Positions 59,472 to 64,000 of a DNA stretch of 64,000 nucleotides are shown here, piece after piece; within the stretch, counting starts at the first letter, position 1, and the number at the start of each line of letters is the position of its first letter. The stretch is from Chrysomallon squamiferum (taxonomy: Eukaryota; Animalia; Mollusca): positions 11,904,001 through 11,968,000 of the forward strand of contig CM022674.1 in the NCBI GenBank assembly GCA_012295275.1. Reading direction: 5' to 3'. The notes under the pieces were generated by a model, which saw nothing but the letters and a program-made list of their open reading frames with translations, ran no database searches and was not told the DNA's origin. A program made the translations under genes and the position numbers.

Positions 59472-60779
59472 GACAAAATTCACTAAAAATAAAGAAATAA
59501 AATTTTCATGTATCGAAATCCGCATGAAACACCTCGAAGTCAATGACCTGAGGGAACAGATTTTTTTTTCCTGACAAAACAGTATAAAAAAACATATTAT
59601 TTACGAGCAATTCTCTTTTGATCTTATCACATATCGAAAGATACAGAAATACTTTAATATTATTTTAATTTTAAAAGTTTTCCATGATTTATAACGAAAG
59701 AGAAATCTCTTACGTCCAAATTAGGACTAAAAACGATGTAATTATTAGCTTAATATATTAATTTAAAACACACACATTAAAAAATATATATTAGCTTAAT
59801 ATATTAATTTAAAAACACACACACAAACACAAACACACATAAAAAAAAAAATCGTTTCGGTAACTGGGTCAGTCTATAACGCATGACACGTTACGTTAGA
59901 TTTTACGAATGTTTTTTTTTTATTTTTTATTTTTTTAAATTATTTCAGCGGATTATGTCAGAATGAAAAAAAAAAAAAAAAAAAAAAACCCACAGAATTA
60001 AGAACCAAGATTAAGGAAATGTAATCAATGTTGATTATTACGTTTTGACCGTGACTTTTCATTGATATATGTGTGTTTGTTTGTGTACGCACAGACAGAC
60101 AGACACAGATTCTGTCGGAAAGCTCAAAACGTGTAATTATGTTGAAAATTAATGTATTTTGTTAACAAATAATACTGTGTCACTCCCATTATTACAGCGA
60201 AATCCATTTCAAAGATAAAAAAATGTATACATGGATTATGTTACACAATAATACAGGATTTAAAATTAATTAATTAAAACATACATATATCAGGCTGAAC
60301 TCTAGTATAATTGATCTGTAAGTACATATGTATCTGTTTACCTATATTGATGTTTGTATATATGTCCGTGTGTATGGGTGTGTCTATGTATGTCAGTATG
60401 TCGGTATGTTTGTGTTTGTTAATGTGTACATAAAGGTTTATGCTCCTCTTGAGTTTAGGTGTGTGTGTGTGTGTATAGATGTTTGTGTATGTATATGTGT
60501 GTATCGAAGTGTATCTCGTTGTGTATGCATGTGTCTGTGTGTATGTGCATGAGATGTAGATCATTGTACGTGTGCATATATATTTATGTATGTCTGTGTA
60601 TATGTGTGTGCCTGTGTAATATATTCGTGTGTTTACAGATATATACCAACGCATCTGTCTTTATTCAAACTTAGTATTGCTTGACGCAATTAATTAACTA
60701 ATATTTCAGAGCAATTAATATATATATATATATATGCAGCTCATCGATGTCAAAGGAGATTCCTTTTTTATTTTATCGT

Positions 60780-61065
60780 AGCAGTCGTATTAGTAGTAGT
60801 AATACTAGCATTAATAGTAGTAGTAGTAGTAGTAATATTAGTAGTAGTAGTAGTAGTAATGTTAGCAGTAGTTGTAGTAGTAGTAATATTAGTAGTAGTA
60901 GTAGTAATATTAGTAGTAGTAGTAGTAGTAGTAATGTTAGCAGTAGTTGTAGTAGTAGTAATATTAGTAGTAGTAGTAGTAGTAGTTGTAATGTTAGCAG
61001 TAGTTGTAGTAGTAGCAGTAGGAATGGTAGTAGCAAAAGCAGTGTTACAATTAGTAATAGTCGTA
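60780..61065. repeat. Complex (TAG)n microsatellite array
   Basis: Directly visible; it produces the spurious poly-S/L/V ORFs. Confidence 0.9.
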
Positions 61066-61451
61066 GATTTATAAATAGAAAAAAATTAAGATAAAAAATA
61101 CTATAATTAATGCTTAACAACAACCTCAAAAAAATTAATTCCTGCATTATTTACAGATTACAAAAATTAATCTCTTTCTAATTAAAAGAGAAAATCCTTT
61201 CAAGTGAAGCGGCTAATTCTTTGGCATAAAAAACAATTATGAAAGATAAATTAAAAATTAAAACAATACAGATTAAGTATTTATAAGGTTTTTGAAGTAT
61301 TTTTGTTTGCTTGCTTCAGTTTTAAAAAGTAGGTGATGGTTTTAACCTACGCTTAAATCAGATAATCGTTTTCAAGTCTCATGGAATTTATTTACTGGTT
61401 TTACTTAATTAATGTTCATAACAACAACAACAAGAAAATATTATTATAATA

Positions 61452-61502
<51 letters not shown>

Positions 61503-61927
61503 GTTACTAATGTTTTGCTACAATTTTTACTTCTTTCTTTCTTTCTTTCCTTCCTTCCTTCCTTCCTTTCTTCTTTCTTTCTTTCGTTCTTTCTTTCCTT
61601 GTTCTTCTAAAAAAAAAAAAGAGATTTTTTTCTTTCTTTTTTTTTTTTTTTTCACTGTTAACTTGTTTTAGTAGGGATCAGGTGTTTTTGTACCAGAATA
61701 ATTAGAATATTGAAAAAAAAAAAAAATAATATTAAAAAAAAAAATAATAATAGAATATAATTATTAAGTTTAATAAAGCGAGGAAGGTTTAGCACGTCAA
61801 AGAGATATTGCAGAATATTAAATGTTAATATCTGTTGTTAGATTCTCGCAAAGATATATGTCTGTCAGGGTATGTGTGTATCTGTCTCTGTGCGTCTATC
61901 TGTCCGTATATCTGTCTCTTTGTCTGT

Positions 61928-61999
<72 letters not shown>

Positions 62000-62116
62000 G
62001 CGTATGTCTCGCTGTGTCTATGTGCGTCTGATGTTTGTCTGTATCTGTGTATGTCTGTCTAGTCTATATGTCTGTCAGTTTAATCAGTATTTGACTGAAT
62101 TCACTGTATGTATTTA

Positions 62117-62148
<32 letters not shown>

Positions 62149-62508
62149 CTGTCTGTCTGTCTGTTTATCATATTATCAATCTATCTTCCGCTTTAACGAT
62201 TTTTTTTCCTCTGTATATCTATCAGCTTGACGACTTGTCTAATAATTAACATGTAAACATCAGGTGACAGAGAAGATTAACGTGTTTATTTTCTAATACA
62301 AACTTTTCTTTCATCTTGTAATCAGTTGTTGTTTTGACACATTAATCAAACGACCAAGTCAGCGCATTTATATAATAAACTTTCCATCCATTCGTCCATA
62401 ACCTTTTACGTCATCACTGTGTTCATTCATCTGTCCTTATGTTCATTCGTCATCCATCCTTTCATTAATCTCTATCACCACCTATCTAGTGCGAAAAAAG
62501 GTGTGTAC

Positions 62509-62694
<186 letters not shown>

Positions 62695-63675
62695 ACTGCA
62701 GACTTTGTGTATAAGTAGAAATTTTAAAGTTTTCTTCTGACTCAGTCAAGTGGATCAAATCCAATCAGAGTCTCAACTTCAGACTCGCCAGTGACAATTG
62801 TTTAATATTGGACGTCTCTGAAATTTCCTGTTCACGCAAGTTCTCACACAAGAGCGCGTCTGGGCGATATTACAACACGTGTGTGTAAAATCACGTACCT
62901 CGAGACGTTACAGATTGTCCTCGGCACAAAGTACGTGTGTCCGTTTCTGATACGCTGTTTTCAGTGAATCTTCTCTTTCTGTCTGTTTGTTTGTCTGTAT
63001 TATTGTAACACCATAGGAGATGTTAAGTTTTTCTCTCTGTTTCTGTTTCCGTCCCTGATGTCTCTCTCTCCCTCTTTCCGTCATTTTCTTTCTCTCTTTC
63101 TATCTCTAAATTTTAAAATATTTCTGTGAAGTCATATGTGTCTGCCTGCTTCTGTGTACAGACATAATGTAGTATATATATATATATATATATATATACC
63201 CACACACACATATCAATTTTATATAAAATGAGTAAAGTGAATATTAACAAGCTGACTTTTTAAATTGTCTATATTTTCCCTTGCCAGTCAATTCTGCATT
63301 TATGTTAGTTAGAAAACCATTATGAAATTCTGTCAATATCAATCTTCATAATTTAGCTTTATTTCCTCGACATTTGACTGTAAATAGTCTCCCACGACTG
63401 AGTATGGAGCAGTTGATTCCAGTTTTAATTTGCCGATTCTATTTCTCAAGCTGATTCTATTGCAATGTGATACGATTTCAATATATAATTTGTCTGTCTG
63501 TCTGTCTGTTCTCGTTAACTGAAAAACAATTTATTGTAATTGAATACAGTGTGGCTCGTTATATATTTATTATTTATTTTTGTTTCAGTGAAATTTCAGT
63601 ATTACTACGTTTATTAATTTATTTATTTAATTTAGTTTTTTTATACTCTTTTTATGATGTGAAACGTTAATGAAA

Positions 63676-63763
<88 letters not shown>

Positions 63764-64000
63764 TTATCTCTTTTATCTCTGTTTCCGTCTTTTGTTTCTC
63801 TCAGTTTATATCTGTTTGTTCGTTTATCTCTCTGTTTCTTTCTTTCTGTTTCTTTCAATTTATATCTAGTTTTTTACTTTTTTTTCTCTCTGTTGCGTTC
63901 CTTCTTTCTTTACTTTTCTTTCTCTCTGTCTTTCTGTCTCTTTCTCTAAATGTACACATGCATATAATACCATCGTGTGTGTGTGTGTGTGTGTAATAAA

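Overview
Eukaryotic genomic DNA: very AT-rich, spliceosomal GT-AG introns, extremely dense microsatellites. It is an invertebrate animal, mollusc-like by inference. Most ORFs in the supplied track are microsatellite artefacts. Manual splice reconstruction gives five protein-coding genes. (1) A 5'-truncated + strand type I membrane protein with Ig domain, polybasic segment, mucin stalk, TM and long acidic tail (225-4542). (2) THUMPD1/Tan1 on the - strand (5979-8056). (3) A ~1527 aa multi-exon zinc-finger protein on the - strand (9962-20107) with five unusual N-terminal 'HYHC'-type zinc modules, a possible degenerate KH-like domain, AT-hook-like motifs and 14 C2H2-type fingers. (4) A ~326 aa single divergent cadherin-like type I membrane protein on the - strand (22470-25515). 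(5) The signal-peptide-only first coding exon of a + strand secreted or membrane protein (53059-53127) with a clear TATA/CCAAT/GC promoter; no convincing second exon was found in the window. A ~27 kb gene-free interval (26-53 kb) holds CpG-rich enhancer-like patches, repeated perfect CRE sites, a deleted hAT (Buster/Charlie-type) transposon, a pogo/Tigger-like MITE, tRNA-derived SINE heads and an inverted duplication. No prokaryotic system, CRISPR array, rRNA or intact tRNA is present. All gene models were made by eye without expression data or database searches.
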